The notes beneath the pieces were generated by a model that did no database searches, had not been told where the DNA came from, and worked only from the letters and a program-made list of their open reading frames with translations. The position numbers were made by a program, and so were the translations under genes. From Lama guanicoe (lineage: Eukaryota), in NCBI GenBank assembly GCA_013239625.1, contig MU053561.1:374826-438825 (forward strand): a stretch of 64,000 nucleotides of DNA, given 5' to 3'. Below, one piece after another: positions 1 through 13,346 of the stretch (positions are counted from its first letter, which is position 1; each line of letters starts with the position of its first letter).

Positions 1-52
1 TGTGACAATCTGGTCAACGGATACAAGTGCACTTGCAAGAAGGGCTTTAAAG
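1..52 (+). CDS. NOTCH2: NOTCH2 coding exon (~exon 14, 5'-truncated by the window), EGF repeat
   Basis: Translates CDNLVNGYKCTCKKGFK(G); GT donor at 53. Confidence 0.93.
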
Positions 53-1082
53 GTGAAAGCAAAGTGCTTGTGTTTCTCTCCCTTCTCTGCCTTTTTGTTG
101 GTGCATATGGCTCAACTCACTTCTTTCTTTCTCTTTTTTTCCTGCTCATTCATATAGCAAATGTCACTTGAGCACTTAATATTTAGAAGGCACTTGGGAA
201 CTAAAAACATGAATAGATTTAGACATAGATTCTACTTTCAGACTAGCAGAGAGGTGAGCTATTGAAACAGGACTATTCAAGGTGAGCAGCTAGGGCGCCA
301 CTTAACACAGCTTTGGACAGGTGTTTGAATTGTAAGCTTCTTGGTGTAGGTTTGATTCTATCGTAATACAAGAGAGAGATTGGGAGCAGGATGAAAATAT
401 TGTTTACTATAATTGTAGCAATGATATTGTGGAAGAATCCATGTGTTCAAAGCCCTTCCAACAAATTCTCTTACACACTGAGATGTTCTTAGATACACAG
501 CCACCTGTGGCCTTCTGGAAAAGTGCATAATAGTGGGTATTGTGTAAAATCCTTTTTTGAGTTGCCACTGTTGTATTTCTCCCATCATTTTTTTTCTTAG
601 AAGCTCAAGAGAGAGAAATCTGTGGGTAAACCATTTATATTTGTACTCCTCTGTCTACTTAGTCACTGATTCCCCCACTCAAAAATTGTGCCAGACCACT
701 GTGATACATGAATATGATTGCAAGTCATTTTATTTGATTACTTGAAAGTTTTCTGAGACTGTACTTTAGTTATTAATTTTCTGATATTCAGATATATGAC
801 ATCTGCAAAGAAACTTACAGATTTAAAAGCACTTTATTTCCTTGTCTCATTGAGACTTGCTGCTCAGTGAACAAAATCAAAATCAAAATGTAAAATCCAA
901 AGTTGTATGGCTGTTGAGTAGCAGGGTGTGGTTTGCACCCAGACCTCAGTGCTCTCAGACCACCACTTTCTTTCTTGTAGGACGACAGCTCCTCAATTTT
1001 AAGGCTGTCTGCCAGACCGTTTTGAAGATGTAGCTAACAGGAAGTTTCGCTGTTTTTGTTTTTTCTTCTTTTCTGTCTACAG

Positions 1083-1196
1083 GCTTTAACTGTCAAGTGA
1101 ATATTGATGAATGTGCCTCAAATCCATGTCTGAACCAAGGGACCTGCTTTGATGACATAAGTGGTTATACTTGCCACTGTGTGCTGCCGTACACAG
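1083..1196 (+). CDS. NOTCH2: NOTCH2 exon ~15, EGF repeat
   Basis: Polypyrimidine tract + [44 protein letters not shown] donor; 114 nt, phase 1-1. Confidence 0.96.
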
Positions 1197-1559
1197 GTGA
1201 GTCCTGCAGGTGCAGGGACTAGAGGGGATGCTCGGTCCTACCTTGTCATTCCAAACCTCGGAGTCTCAGAGACGGGCTCCATGGGGCAGTGACGCTGCTC
1301 TGAGGAGTCACTCCCTGGTCACCCTTCTTGCCCTCACTGACCGAGTCTTGAGCTCTGAGAAGACACTCGGGCCTCTCTAGAGGCAAGTGGTGAAGAAATT
1401 CTTTTGCCTCCCTATTTACTCTTTAGGGTTTGAAATTTTTGAAAAATCATATGTGGCTGGAATTGATGCAGAGCCGATGGTTTAGTCCATTATTTGAGTA
1501 GACCCAGTGTTTCCGAGGCCTGTGCTCTTAGTCTTAGTTTCACTAGCACAACAACTGCC

Positions 1560-1790
1560 ACTTACTGGTAATTTACTGTGTGCCAGACTCTTTGGATTAT
1601 TTTAACCTAGTGCTCACAGTAATTTGACAAAGTAGACACTTCTAGCACCATTTTACACACCAGGAAGCTGAGGCTAGGAGAGGTTACTTGCTGAAGGTAA
1701 GTGGTAAGTGGTAGGTAAGTGGTAGAGCTAGGATTTGCCCCAAAGCTTGTCCTCTTAACTGTCATCCTGCTCCTCACATTCACTGCCACT
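1560..1790 (-). mobile_element. MIR SINE remnant
   Basis: Antisense MIR core-like text (ccattttaca...ctgaggct..agaggtta...ggtagagctaggattt). Confidence 0.65.
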
Positions 1791-2762
1791 ACGTCTCATT
1801 CAGAGAGGTGCTGCCCCTTGGATGGCGATCATACACACAGGACGTGGGTGTGACTTCATCTCACATCAGGTGTTCGTTTCAGGTGGTATTGTAGGAGTGT
1901 GCTTGGACACTTCTGTGTATTCTCCTGCCTCACTACTGCCACCTTGTGATTGGTTGTATTTGTGTGGCTTGTTAACCTCCTCGGCATCCATTGTCTTTAT
2001 CTGTGGGGAACAAAACAGAAACGTGGACAATGACTTTGCATGTTTCTCCAGTGCACAGCGTGCGGGCAGGAGCATGGCTCCCCTGGAGTCTTGGGCTGTC
2101 TATAGTAGCTGTGGCTGGTAACTCTAGGCTGTTTAGAGTAGCAGAGTGGCCAGAAGCATGACTCTGTTACCTGAAAGGCTTGATACTACGTTGTTACCTT
2201 TGCTACCTCTTTAAAAGTAATGTTCATGAAGGGAAACTGCATTTAGCCAGCCTGGTTGATAAAATCGAAGTTATTGCAGATCCCTAGCTATGCCCAGACG
2301 GACAGTCTAAATAATGTCATTCCATAATGTTAGTGCTGGTCACATTTGTTGGTACTGAGAAGATCGGCTCACAACCATAGGGCCTGGGAATTGATGGCTG
2401 CAGGGAGATGTAAGCAGGTGTCACTATGCTCTGGCCCATCATAGGCTCTCCTGAGTGTGACTGCGGAGCACAGCTCATCTTGAAAATGTTTTTCTTCTTG
2501 CTTTTCAGACACTGTTAAGAATATTTGACTAGAGGTTGGCTCTTGGTTTTTCTTCATTATAGGATCTTAATAAAAGAATTTACTGCATGTGAATTTTGAG
2601 AAATTATACTAGACCAAAAACCTATGCAGATTAAAATTTCAATGCTGAGTGTAGCTAAGGGTTCGAAGTGTCATTGAGTTTGGCCAGCATGAAGGGAACT
2701 AAGCAACTTTGCTTTCCCTTGTGAGCCGCTGTTCTGACCAGGCACATTAAAAACTGGTTGGG

Positions 2763-2884
2763 AGGGGGAGGATATAGCTCAAGTGGTAGAGTGCATGCTT
2801 AGCATACATGAGATCCTGGGTTCAATCCCCAGTACCTCCTTTAAGAGTAAATAAATAAATAAGCCTAATTACCTTCTCCTACCA
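2763..2884 (+). mobile_element. tRNA-derived SINE, camelid Vic-1-like
   Basis: A box tagctcaagtgg, B box ggttcaatcc, (taaa)n tail, target-site duplication aaaaactggttggg at 2749-2762 and 2885-2898. Confidence 0.85.
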
Positions 2885-2989
2885 AAAAACTGGTTGGGGA
2901 TATTGGTGAAAATTTGTGGTAATATTTTTTTCTTTATGAATACAAAATTTTAGGATAAAACTTTAAGTTGAGCTAGTTGTAACTTGACT

Positions 2990-3427
2990 TTATTTTTATT
3001 AAAGTATAGTCGATTTAGAACATGACATTAGTTTTAGGTGTGCAATATAGTGATACAATATATTTATAGATTAGACCCTATTTAAAGTTATTAGAAAATA
3101 ATGGCTATAGTCCTTGTGCTGTACATTATATCCTTGTAGCTTAGGTATTTTATACATAGTGGTTTGTATCTCTTAATCCCATACCCTGTCTTGCCCTCTC
3201 CTTCCCTCTCCCTACTGGTAACCACTAGTTTGTTCCTTATATCTGTGAGTCTGTTTCTCTTTTGTTATATTCATTTGTTTGTCTTGTTTTTTAGATTCCA
3301 CATAGATGTGATAACATACAGTATTTGTCTTTTTTCTGTCTGACTTATTTCACTAAGCATAATACCCCCTAAGTCCACCCATGTTGTTGCAAATGGCAGA
3401 ATTTCATTCTTTTTTATGACTAATATT

Positions 3428-3462
<35 letters not shown>

Positions 3463-3790
3463 ACCACATCTTCTTTATCCATTCATTTGTTGATGGACAC
3501 TTAGGTTGCTTCCGTGTCTTGGCTAGTGTAAATAATGCTGCTTTGAACATTGAGATGCATGTGTCTTATCAAATCAGGGTTTTCATTTTCTTTGGCTATA
3601 TACCCAGGAGTGGAATTTCTGGATTATATGGTAGTTCTATTTTTAGTTTTTTGAGGAACCTCTAGACTGTTTTCCATAGTGGCTGCACCAATTTACATTT
3701 CTGCCAATAAGGTTTTCTTTTCTCCCCATCTTCGTCAGCATTTGTTTTTTGTGTTCTTTTTGATGGTATCCATTCTGACAAGTTACAGTC
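2990..3790 (-). mobile_element. LINE-1 3' end fragment containing a (GT)n microsatellite at ~3430-3460
   Basis: Typical antisense L1 3' text (ttagattccacat..., gatggacacttaggttgcttcc, ccatagtggctgcaccaatttaca). Confidence 0.9.
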
Positions 3791-4553
3791 TTATAAGTTG
3801 ACTTTAAAAACAACTTTATCTCCCTTTTAGTAAAGGCATTCTTAATTTTTTTTGCTGGAATCTTATATTCAGTATACTAAGGTAGGAAATGTTGGTGGGC
3901 AACAATCAATGTCATGTTGTTGATGTTTATATAAGGAGAGATGTTACTAGACAGTCAGAATTACTTCACTGTTTTCCACCTCTGATGGCCTTCTGATCAA
4001 CTGCATTGCCGCAACAGGTAGCAGAGATTTTAAGGAGTAGGAGGCTGTGTTGTTGCTTCTTCCCTGCTCATGTGAAGTGGGATCTGTGTGGCTGAGCTTC
4101 TGAGTAGCTGAATCAATCTTATGAAGATGCAGAAACTATCACTCCTAATTGATGCAGGTGTCCAAATCCATGTAACCACTGGTGATAGTAACATGAAGAT
4201 GATAGCAGTCCAACAGTTGTTGGGTATTTATTTTATGTGCCCAGCTTTATGCTAATAAGGACCTCATAAGCATTTTTTCATTTAATCCACAAAAGCCTCT
4301 ATCAAGCCATATCATCCTAATTCCCATATTATTTATATGGAAGGCTCAAAGAAAATAAATAACTTGCCTAAGATCACACTGTTAGTAATCACATCAGAAA
4401 CAATGCACAAAGGACCATAGGTCTCTCATATTCCAAAGCTCTTGCCCATTACATTAGACCTGAATTCAGGGAGCATTTTTTGGTATAGAATTTGGGGAAA
4501 TTTCAATTTCCTTGAATAATTCTTTGTGATAAACCCTGTCATTTGCTTTACAG

Positions 4554-4673
4554 GCAAGAACTGTCAGACTGTATTGGCTCCGTGTTCCCCAAACCCTTGT
4601 GAGAACGCTGCTGTTTGCAAAGAGGCACCAAATTTTGAGAGTTACACCTGCCAGTGTGCTCCTGGCTGGAAAG
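4554..4673 (+). CDS. NOTCH2: NOTCH2 exon ~16, EGF repeat
   Basis: [43 protein letters not shown] boundaries. Confidence 0.96.
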
Positions 4674-5089
4674 GTAACAGCATGAGAATGGAGAAACCAA
4701 GAACGTCAAACAAAATGGTCAGGTTATCAGATGACAAGGAGGGCCTGGTATTTTGAGGTTTGCCCTTCTTTGTCAAGAACACAGGTCTTGCAGAGAATTT
4801 GCTAACTGGAAAGTCTTAGAAAGCTTTTCTATTTTACATGTCTTTGGGGCCCCCTAGTGGCTGGAAGACTCCAATCTGAGTCTGAAACTCTGATGTTCTA
4901 CAGGGAATTGTAGTACCTGGGCAGCCACTTGCCGGGGCACAGAAGCCTTACAGGGCTTCCCAAAGCAGGAGAACCACAAGAATATCCTTGGCGTAGCCTC
5001 ATCCACCCCAGCTGAAGCTCAGGCCTCAGGTACATTGCTGTGGGACTCAACTTCCAAGACTAGACCATTCATTGCCCCTGTGTTTCCAG

Positions 5090-5242
5090 GTCAGCGGTGT
5101 ACAATTGACATTGATGAGTGTGTCTCCAGGCCCTGCATGAACCACGGTCTCTGCCATAACACCCAGGGCAGCTACATGTGCGAGTGTCCTCCAGGCTTCA
5201 GTGGTATGGACTGTGAGGAGGACATCGATGACTGCCTTGCCA
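5090..5242 (+). CDS. NOTCH2: NOTCH2 exon ~17, EGF repeat
   Basis: [54 protein letters not shown] boundaries. Confidence 0.96.
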
Positions 5243-5519
5243 GTGAGTATGCCAGCCAGCTCCTAAGCCCCTGAGGGAGAGGAAAGCTTGCAGGGAGCAG
5301 AGAAGAAGTCAGCAGAGGCACCTGCCTCTCAGTACTGAGACTGGCCATCCAATAGTTTATCGCATGTCTTTAATATTCATATTTTTTAAAATCTTCATTT
5401 TGAAGCTAGTAGCTTTAGGATTTGAGGCAATAGAATCACTTTTAAACATTCACTTACTGATTTTTGTACATTGACGCAGTGGGGACAATGGTTTGAACAC
5501 CTTTGAAAAAAAAAAAAGC

Positions 5520-8500
5520 AGATCCATTAAGGTATAGTTACCATACAGTACGCTGCCAGTATTTAAATGTGTAATTCAGTAAGTTTTGATATATGACAGC
5601 TGAAAACAATACTCAAGATACTGAACATATCCATCCCCCTGAAAGCATTCTCATCTCCTTTGTCATTTAACTCTCCTTTCCACTTCCCTATTCCCACGCA
5701 ACCAGGGATCTCTACCTGTGTTACTATAGGTTTGTTTGAAAATGTTTATTTACAGTTTTATATAAATAGAATCATATAATGGAAACTCTTTTGAAAAGAG
5801 GGAATATGACTTCTCTCAGTCAGCATATTATTTGAGACTCATCCATGTTGTGTGTATTAATAGTTCATTCTGTTTTATTGCTGAGTTGTGTTCCATTGTT
5901 TGGATTTACTACAATTCACTAGTAGGACAGTTGGCTTTTTAACAGTTTTAGGGTATTACAGATAATGCTGCTACAAATGAGTCTGTGTGGACATGCAATT
6001 TCATTTCTCTTAAGTAAAATACCTAGGAGTGGAATAGATGAATAATGTGGTTGGCGTATGTTTAACTTTTCACAGAGTTGCCGAAGTGTTTTCCAAGGTG
6101 GTTGTATCATTTTCATTCCCACAAGCAGTAGAACCACATCCTCAGGGACACTTGATATGATTACTCATGTTAATTCTAGCTATTCTAGTGGATATGTATG
6201 GTATTTCATGGTGGTTTTAACTTGCATTTCCCTATTTATTAATGATGTTGGACATCTTTTCATGTGCTTGTTGGCCAGTGGTATATCTTAGTGTAGTGTA
6301 TATTCAAATTCTTTGCCTGTTCAGAAAATTGGATTGTCTTATTATTGAGTTGAAAGAGTTCATTTTATTCTAGATATAAATTATTTGTCAGATATTTGCT
6401 TTAAAACTGTTTTCTCCCTATTTATAATTTTATTTTAATTTGTTTTAAATTGTTTTAAATTTGTTTTAATTTTATTTTAAAGAGGAATAATTTAATTTTG
6501 ATTAAATTCAATATACTATAATTTCCATTCATAGTTCATGCTTCTTGTATCTTTAACAAACATTGTTTAACTCACAGTTACTGAGGTTTATCTCCTTTGA
6601 TTTCTTCTAAAAGTTTTATGCTTCTATCACTGACCTTAAGGTCCACGATCTATTTTGAGTTAATTTTTATGTATAGTGTGAGTTTTAAAGGTTTTAAACA
6701 GTAATTTTGTTTTGTAATCTTGCTAAACTCATTTATTATTAAATCTAGATTAGTGTAGCTTCTAGTTTAGTTTAGATTCCTAGAATTTTTTAGAGATAAT
6801 AAATTACGTTATCTCTAAATAAATATAACTGCTATGCCTTTTATTTCTTTTCTGTATTCTCTTATTTCTAAATCTGTATACATTTTATTTATTTTTCTTG
6901 CATTATTGCACTGGCTTCAGTAAATGCGGAGGAGTGGTGAGAGACACCAAACTTGCCATGTTCTTGATTCTAAGGGAAAAGCATGTAGTCTTTTGCCACT
7001 AAGTGTGATGTTACCTGTAGGTCTTTGGGTAGATGCCTTCTGTCAAATTGAGGAATTCACCACATACTCCTGACTTGCTGAGAATTTTCTTCTTTTTAAA
7101 TAATGAATGTTATTTCTGAAAATGAATATTATTTTTGAAAATGGTTTTTCTGTGCTAATACCATTTTTTAAGATCCTTTAAGCAAATTATGTTAACTGAT
7201 TTTTAAGTGTTGAATTAACCTTAAATCCCTGGAATAAATTCTACTTGGGTTATAATGTGTTATTTCTCTTTGGGATATTATTTCCCAAAATTTTGCTAAG
7301 AATTTTTGTATCTATGTTCAGAGGCATGTTATTCTCCAATTTCCTTATATTCGTATGGTTTTTATAAGGGGGCAATGCTAGTCTCATAGAACAATTTGGG
7401 AAGTGTTTCCTTTTTGTTTTCTGAAAGGATTTGAGTAGAATTAGTGTTATTTCTACTAAGCATCTGAGCCTGGAATTTTCTTTCTGGGAAGGTTTTTAAC
7501 TGTAAATTTAATTCCTTCCTTTAGTAGATGTTCAGGGTGTACATTTCTATTTTACTGCGTTTTGGTAATTTGCATCTTTCAATGAATGAGTTTTATTTGC
7601 TTTACCTAAGTTGTCAGAATTGTTGGTATTGAGTCATTCGTAATATTCCTTTATTGTACTTTTAACGCGCATTAAAGCTGTGGTGATTTCCCTTGTCTTA
7701 TTTCAGATATTGGTAATTTATGTCTTCTCTCTTTTTTTCCTGACTGCTCTTGGAAGAGGGTTATTGATCTTAGTAATCTTTTTAGTGAATCTGTTTTTAG
7801 TTTCTTGGTTTTTCTCAGTTGTTTTACTGTTTCCTGTTTCATTGATTTCTGCTCTTTATTCTTTTCATTACTTTGGGTTTAGTTTGCCCTTCTTTTTCTA
7901 GTTTTTTAAGATAGAAGTTCAGATTTTAGTTCTTTCTCCTACTTCTAACATAAGCATTTAATGCTATTTTTCCTTAAAGTATTGCTTTAGCTGTATTTCA
8001 CAGATTTTGATATGTCATGTTATTTTCATTCAGCTCAAAACACTTTCTAGTTTCCATTTGGATTTGTTCTTTGACTCGTTAAGTTATTTAGAAGTGTGTT
8101 CTTTGGTTTCCAGGTATCTTTCATTGCTGATTCCTTCCAGGTAGTTTTTGTTAACTAATTCCTAGCTTACGTCCATTGTGATCATTGAACATGCTTCGCA
8201 TGATTTGAATTACTTTAAATTTACTAAAATGTGTCTTATGGCCTAGTGTATGGTCTGTTTTGGTCAATGTTCTGTGTGCATTTGAAAAGATTATCTGTTT
8301 TTTGATGGAGTGTTTTATAAATGTTACTAATTCAAATTGGTTGACAGGAATTTTAGATCCTCTATATCCTCCCTGATTTTCTGTCTACTAATTCTGTCAA
8401 TTATTGACAGAGGAGTATTGAAATCTCCCCCATCATTGTAGATTTGACTATTTCTCCTTGCAGTTCTATCAGTTTTTGCTTAATATATTTTGAAGATTTC

Positions 8501-8710
8501 ATATTAAGTACATAAGCTTGAAGGATTGTTATGTTCTCTTGAAGAATTAAGTCCTTTGTCATGAAATGACCTTCTTTAACCCTTGTAACATCCTTTGCTC
8601 TGAAGACTGCTTTGCCTGATATTAATACCCTAGCTTTCTTTCGTTTATTGTTAAGGTGAATTTATCTCCCACCCTTTAACTTTTGGCCTACCTGTGTCTT
8701 TAAAGTAGAT
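5520..8710 (-). mobile_element. Old degenerate LINE-1 (3' end and ORF2 remnants)
   Basis: T-rich antisense L1 motifs; - strand ORF 5919-6137 (QPPWKTLRQL...SIPLLGI) resembles the ORF2 C-terminus. Confidence 0.85.
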
Positions 8711-9979
8711 TTCTCTTAATTCACAGTGTATACAATTTCAGATTATCATATGGATGACACCAAGTTTGATCCTCACATTGCCAAAATAAATAAAACCCAG
8801 TCCTTGCATTTATGAAACTCATAGTCTCTTAGGAAATAAAGACACGTAGACAAGTGATTTCAACATTGTGTGACTAATGGTGAAAAAAATATGTCCAAGC
8901 AACGTGATGGAGAAATTTAAAGGAGCGGAATCAAACTATTTTGATTCCTTTCTTACATTAATTAGTATATCAGTCAAATTTGCAGTATTTAAAATTTTTT
9001 CCTATTTGAAGTGGGACTAGCAATATTTACAATTAGCTTAAAATAATTTAGTAAATTCTTGTGAACTTCTTGAAAGGTGCTATGGAAATTGAAGTAGCTG
9101 GGTACTGTGTACTGTGGATAAGAAAGCTTAATAGGACTTTTTATAATTGATCCTTTAGAGATTGCGAATTAGCCTTAGGATGAAATTAGCATCATGGATG
9201 AATAAGGTATAAATATCCCTCTTATAAAATAAGGGCTACATTACCCACCTGGTGTTTAGTTTTATTTTTATGTTTATGACTTGTCTTTGCAATTACATTT
9301 TAAGGTCCTTAATACCAGGAGCTACATTTTTTGTATTTCTTGTTCTGATTTGTGTGCATCTGTATTGCAGAGGACAGTGCCATGATAGTAGCTCAAAATT
9401 TCTTGATTAATTGCTATGACTCTAAGGTGTTCTAAGATCAAACTATCTGATATTTAAAATTTCTTTTTAAAAATCTTGTTTCCTAATTCTATTTAAGTCT
9501 AAGAAAACAACAAACAAAAACAAGAAAGGAAGGGAAGAAAGAAGGGAGGGAGGGAAGAGAAAGGGAAAAAAATCAACACGGGGGTTGATTAATATGTATT
9601 CTCTTCTACCCCACCCACTTCACCACCACATACACCTTTTTGAAAATCTTTATTGTTATTTCTGAGATTCTCTGTGTTGGGGCATATATTTGATTTGCAA
9701 ATGTATATGGGCCCAGTACAAGTTTTATGACTTAATTTGGCAAAATTATTAGTGATGTATGTACAGTTTGTTCCAATTATCAAACAGGTTAAGAATTTCA
9801 GGCAAGTGTTACTGCATTCATTTTCATAAACGGAGGAGTCAGGGCAAAATCGACATAAAGAGAAAAGTCAGAATCGTTACTGTTCTTAATGTGACTCAGT
9901 TCAGGGTACTCACCATCATGATCTAAGATTAAATTGATGCTGCTGTTCAGAGTTCTAATTCTTCTGTGCAATGACTTAG

Positions 9980-10208
9980 ATCCTTGCCAGAATGGAGGTT
10001 CCTGTGTCGATGGAGTGAATACTTTCTCCTGCTTATGCCTTCCGGGCTTCATTGGGGATAAGTGTCAGACAGACATGAATGAGTGTCTGAGTGAACCCTG
10101 TAAGAACGGCGGGACCTGCTCCGACTATGTCAATAGTTATACCTGCAAGTGCCAGGCGGGATTCGATGGAGTCCACTGTGAGAACAACATTGACGAGTGC
10201 ACTGAGAG
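9980..10208 (+). CDS. NOTCH2: NOTCH2 exon ~18, EGF repeats
   Basis: [17 protein letters not shown]...[14 protein letters not shown] boundaries; phase matches neighbours. Confidence 0.96.
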
Positions 10209-10991
10209 GTGAGCAGCCCATGTTCCAGGCACCAGTGTCTTAGGGAAAAAGGCAGAAAGGGGAGGAAACTACAGAGCGCAATACTGGGATCATGGGGCAG
10301 GGATAAGGCATCCACTTGGATCCCACCCCACAGTCATCTCCTGTTGTCCGGTTCCTAATTCCTTGTAGACATGTGGGACAAACTCAAAGATCAGAGATTG
10401 AAAAGCTTAGTGGGATGGATCATCATTTATTTCTTGCTTAGGGAATAGAAAGAGCTATAATTCTATTCCATTCTCCTTTTGGTCTCATTCATTTCAGTTG
10501 ATAATTAAAAATTCCTGTTTCTTTGCAGATTTGTCATCCCTCTTTAAGTAATTTCTGGGCAGTTTGTTTCTTTTTTTTTAATCAACAAATTTGTTCTGTT
10601 TCTTTTTCACACAAAAAAAATCAAGAGTCAGGAGCTATTTATTTAACACTTTCCTTATAAATTAAATTGATTCAGGGATGAAATGAAATATGATACATGG
10701 AAAGCTACAGAAGGACTGGGTAAAACCTGGAAACCTTCACTTTCTTTAGAAATCTATAATGAGCTCAGTCTTTTAAATACTTCTCTAAGCTTCATGGTTG
10801 TGGAAAGGAAGCTGGGACTCAGGCTAATTGGCATCCCTTCTAGTTTGGAAAAAGGTAAAGCTTACTGGGTTTAGTGGTTCGGGAGTATTTGCCCATGTAC
10901 TATCTTAGATTCCAGGAACCTTCATTTTTCAAGAGCAGATCAGAGGAACCAGATCACAAAGCTGATGACATTTTCCCTGTTTGCTCCTTAG

Positions 10992-11193
10992 CTCCTGTTT
11001 CAATGGTGGCACGTGTGTCGATGGAATTAACTCCTTCTCTTGCTTGTGCCCCGTGGGCTTCACTGGCCCTTTCTGCCTACATGAGATCAATGAGTGCAAC
11101 TCTCATCCATGCTTGAATGAAGGAACGTGTGTTGATGGCCTGGGTACCTACCGCTGCACCTGCCCATTGGGCTACACTGGGAAAAACTGCCAG
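10992..11193 (+). CDS. NOTCH2: NOTCH2 exon ~19, EGF repeats
   Basis: [17 protein letters not shown]...[12 protein letters not shown] boundaries. Confidence 0.96.
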
Positions 11194-12618
11194 GTAATTA
11201 GATTCCATCACATTCACTCGGCTCCATCAAAGTAGTTGAGTATTACACCTGTTCCTTTTCTAGGCAGAAGCCCCACCTAGAAGAGAAAATTCTCTGTCTC
11301 AGGGATAAAGAGAAAATTCTGCATCTCAGGGATGTCCCCAAGATAAACCTGGACAACTTAATAGCTGAAAGATTCCAGAATGGTGACACTGACAAGATTA
11401 TGTCGATTAATAGACATAAGACTGTTTTAACAGGCTAACCAAGAACTGCAGGAAATACATGTGGGAAATGAGCACATAGATATCACTTAGGGAATACAAA
11501 AAGGGAAATAAAGAACAATCAAAATACAGTTTTTAAAGGTCAGATTTAACACCTAAGGGGATAATGATAATTATCATGTCTTGCAACAGTGTAACATTCT
11601 CAAATCCAAAATATTCACATATCTTTTAAATCCAAATATTTAAATATACGTTTTCATAGACTCTTAGGATGAAAGGATCCCTTCGAGCCAACTAGTCTAG
11701 CCTGTCATTTCATGGAAGAAGAGACTGGGAAGAGTCCCCGGGGGGCAAAATAACTTTTCCAGAGTTGCATACCAAACAGCATTTGTGTTTAATTTTATGC
11801 AATTTTACCTCTTAAACAGTGGTAAAATGATAAAATACCAGAAGTCCAACAATTGGGAACAAAGCCTTACAGGGTACACTTCAGTCAGGCTTTGGCTGGA
11901 TTGGCCGTGCAGATAAGCACGTCTGCATGTGAAAGAGCTGTGGCTGATTCTGCGGATGGGGTGGAATTCTTCGTGGGGCTCATGCTGTTGTCCCCGTGTA
12001 TCTCCAGGTGCTGGTGGAGCACACCGCCTCCCCTCAGCCGTTCTTTCACAAGCATTCTGTGAGATGCCCTTCCAATCCCGGGGGCCAGGCCACCACCTGT
12101 GAGTTAGGGGAAGGTGCTAGTCCACTGGCACTCTGTGCCTCAGGCCTGAGTTTCTCCCATCAAACTAAGCCCTTTGACAGTTTTTAGGTTTATTAACAGG
12201 CTTTAAGGCCTTTTATTCATATTCAACACAGCCAGATTTGATCAACCCCAAGTGGACTGCTCACAAAGGAGAAGATGTAGGTGCTGTCTGACAGTTTTAA
12301 CTCTTTCTTTCTAGCCCTGCAGGATGGTCGTGCTTCTAGACACAAGCATGTTATAGGGAATAACTTAACCTATTGGGCTTCCTCAAATTCTTAAACTTCT
12401 GTGGGAAGAATTTTTAAATAGCAGAGGTAAAAGGAATTAGACTGTATAAATGATTAGATTATCTGGGAACAGTGGATCTAGTTTAAAGCTTGGGTGAGGG
12501 CTCCTTTTTTAAAAAAATTAGTTAGTGTGCTTTCCTTAGGTTTCTTAAAATGCAGTGTAACTTCTTTTCTTCGTTTCTGGTGTTTGAATGTTGACGTATG
12601 TGTATGCCTCTGTTTCAG

Positions 12619-12772
12619 ACCCTGGTGAACCTCTGTAGTCGGTCTCCATGTAAAAACAAAGGTACTTGCGTTCAGGAAAAAGCAGAGTCCCGGTGCCTGT
12701 GTCCGTCTGGATGGGCTGGCGCGTACTGTGACGTGCCCAGCGTCTCCTGCGAGGTGGCGGCCTCCCACAGAG
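12619..12772 (+). CDS. NOTCH2: NOTCH2 exon ~20, EGF repeat
   Basis: [17 protein letters not shown]...[12 protein letters not shown] boundaries. Confidence 0.96.
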
Positions 12773-13161
12773 GTGAGCTCTGCCTGCGCGGACTCCAGGG
12801 TCAGTCCACCAAGTGTTGACTGACCAGCAACATTTTAGGGCAAGTATTGTCGTGGGAGGAGAGGGAAGGGCAGAGAGTCATGGATGGGCCAGACTCTGGA
12901 GAAAGGGACTGAAACAGAAGGTGACAGGCAGAGGAACAGGTTCAGAGGTTCCAAAGAGAACTGTATTAGAAATGACACAAAGGAACAGTCCACTTTCAGG
13001 GCTTGTTTATTTTTAATATAAAACTGGTGCTGAGGGTCTGAACTGAACAAAAATAAAATTTGATGTGTCAACAGGCTTAGATTAGTTTTCCCATTAGTTG
13101 GGCTGAACTTGACATGTTTTGTGCTCTTTGGTGATGTTTCTTCCCCCACTGGGTTTCCCAG

Positions 13162-13346
13162 GGGTGCCCGTTGACCGCTTGTGCCAGCACTCAGGCGTCT
13201 GCATCAATGCTGGCAACTCGCATCACTGCCAGTGCCCCCTGGGCTACACCGGCAGCTACTGCGAGGACCAGCTTGATGAGTGCTCGTCCAATCCCTGCCA
13301 GCATGGAGCCACCTGCAGAGACTTCATCGGTGGATACAGATGTGAG
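13162..13346 (+). CDS. NOTCH2: NOTCH2 exon ~21, EGF repeats
   Basis: [13 protein letters not shown]...[12 protein letters not shown] boundaries. Confidence 0.96.

Noticed and set aside
2763..2840. tRNA-like sequence
   Set aside because: A-rich tail and TSD show it is a SINE, not a tRNA gene.
11283..11333. Short tandem duplications (also ~22853-22898 and ~34781-34816)
   Set aside because: Two-copy 15-27 bp slippage repeats with no array or spacer structure.
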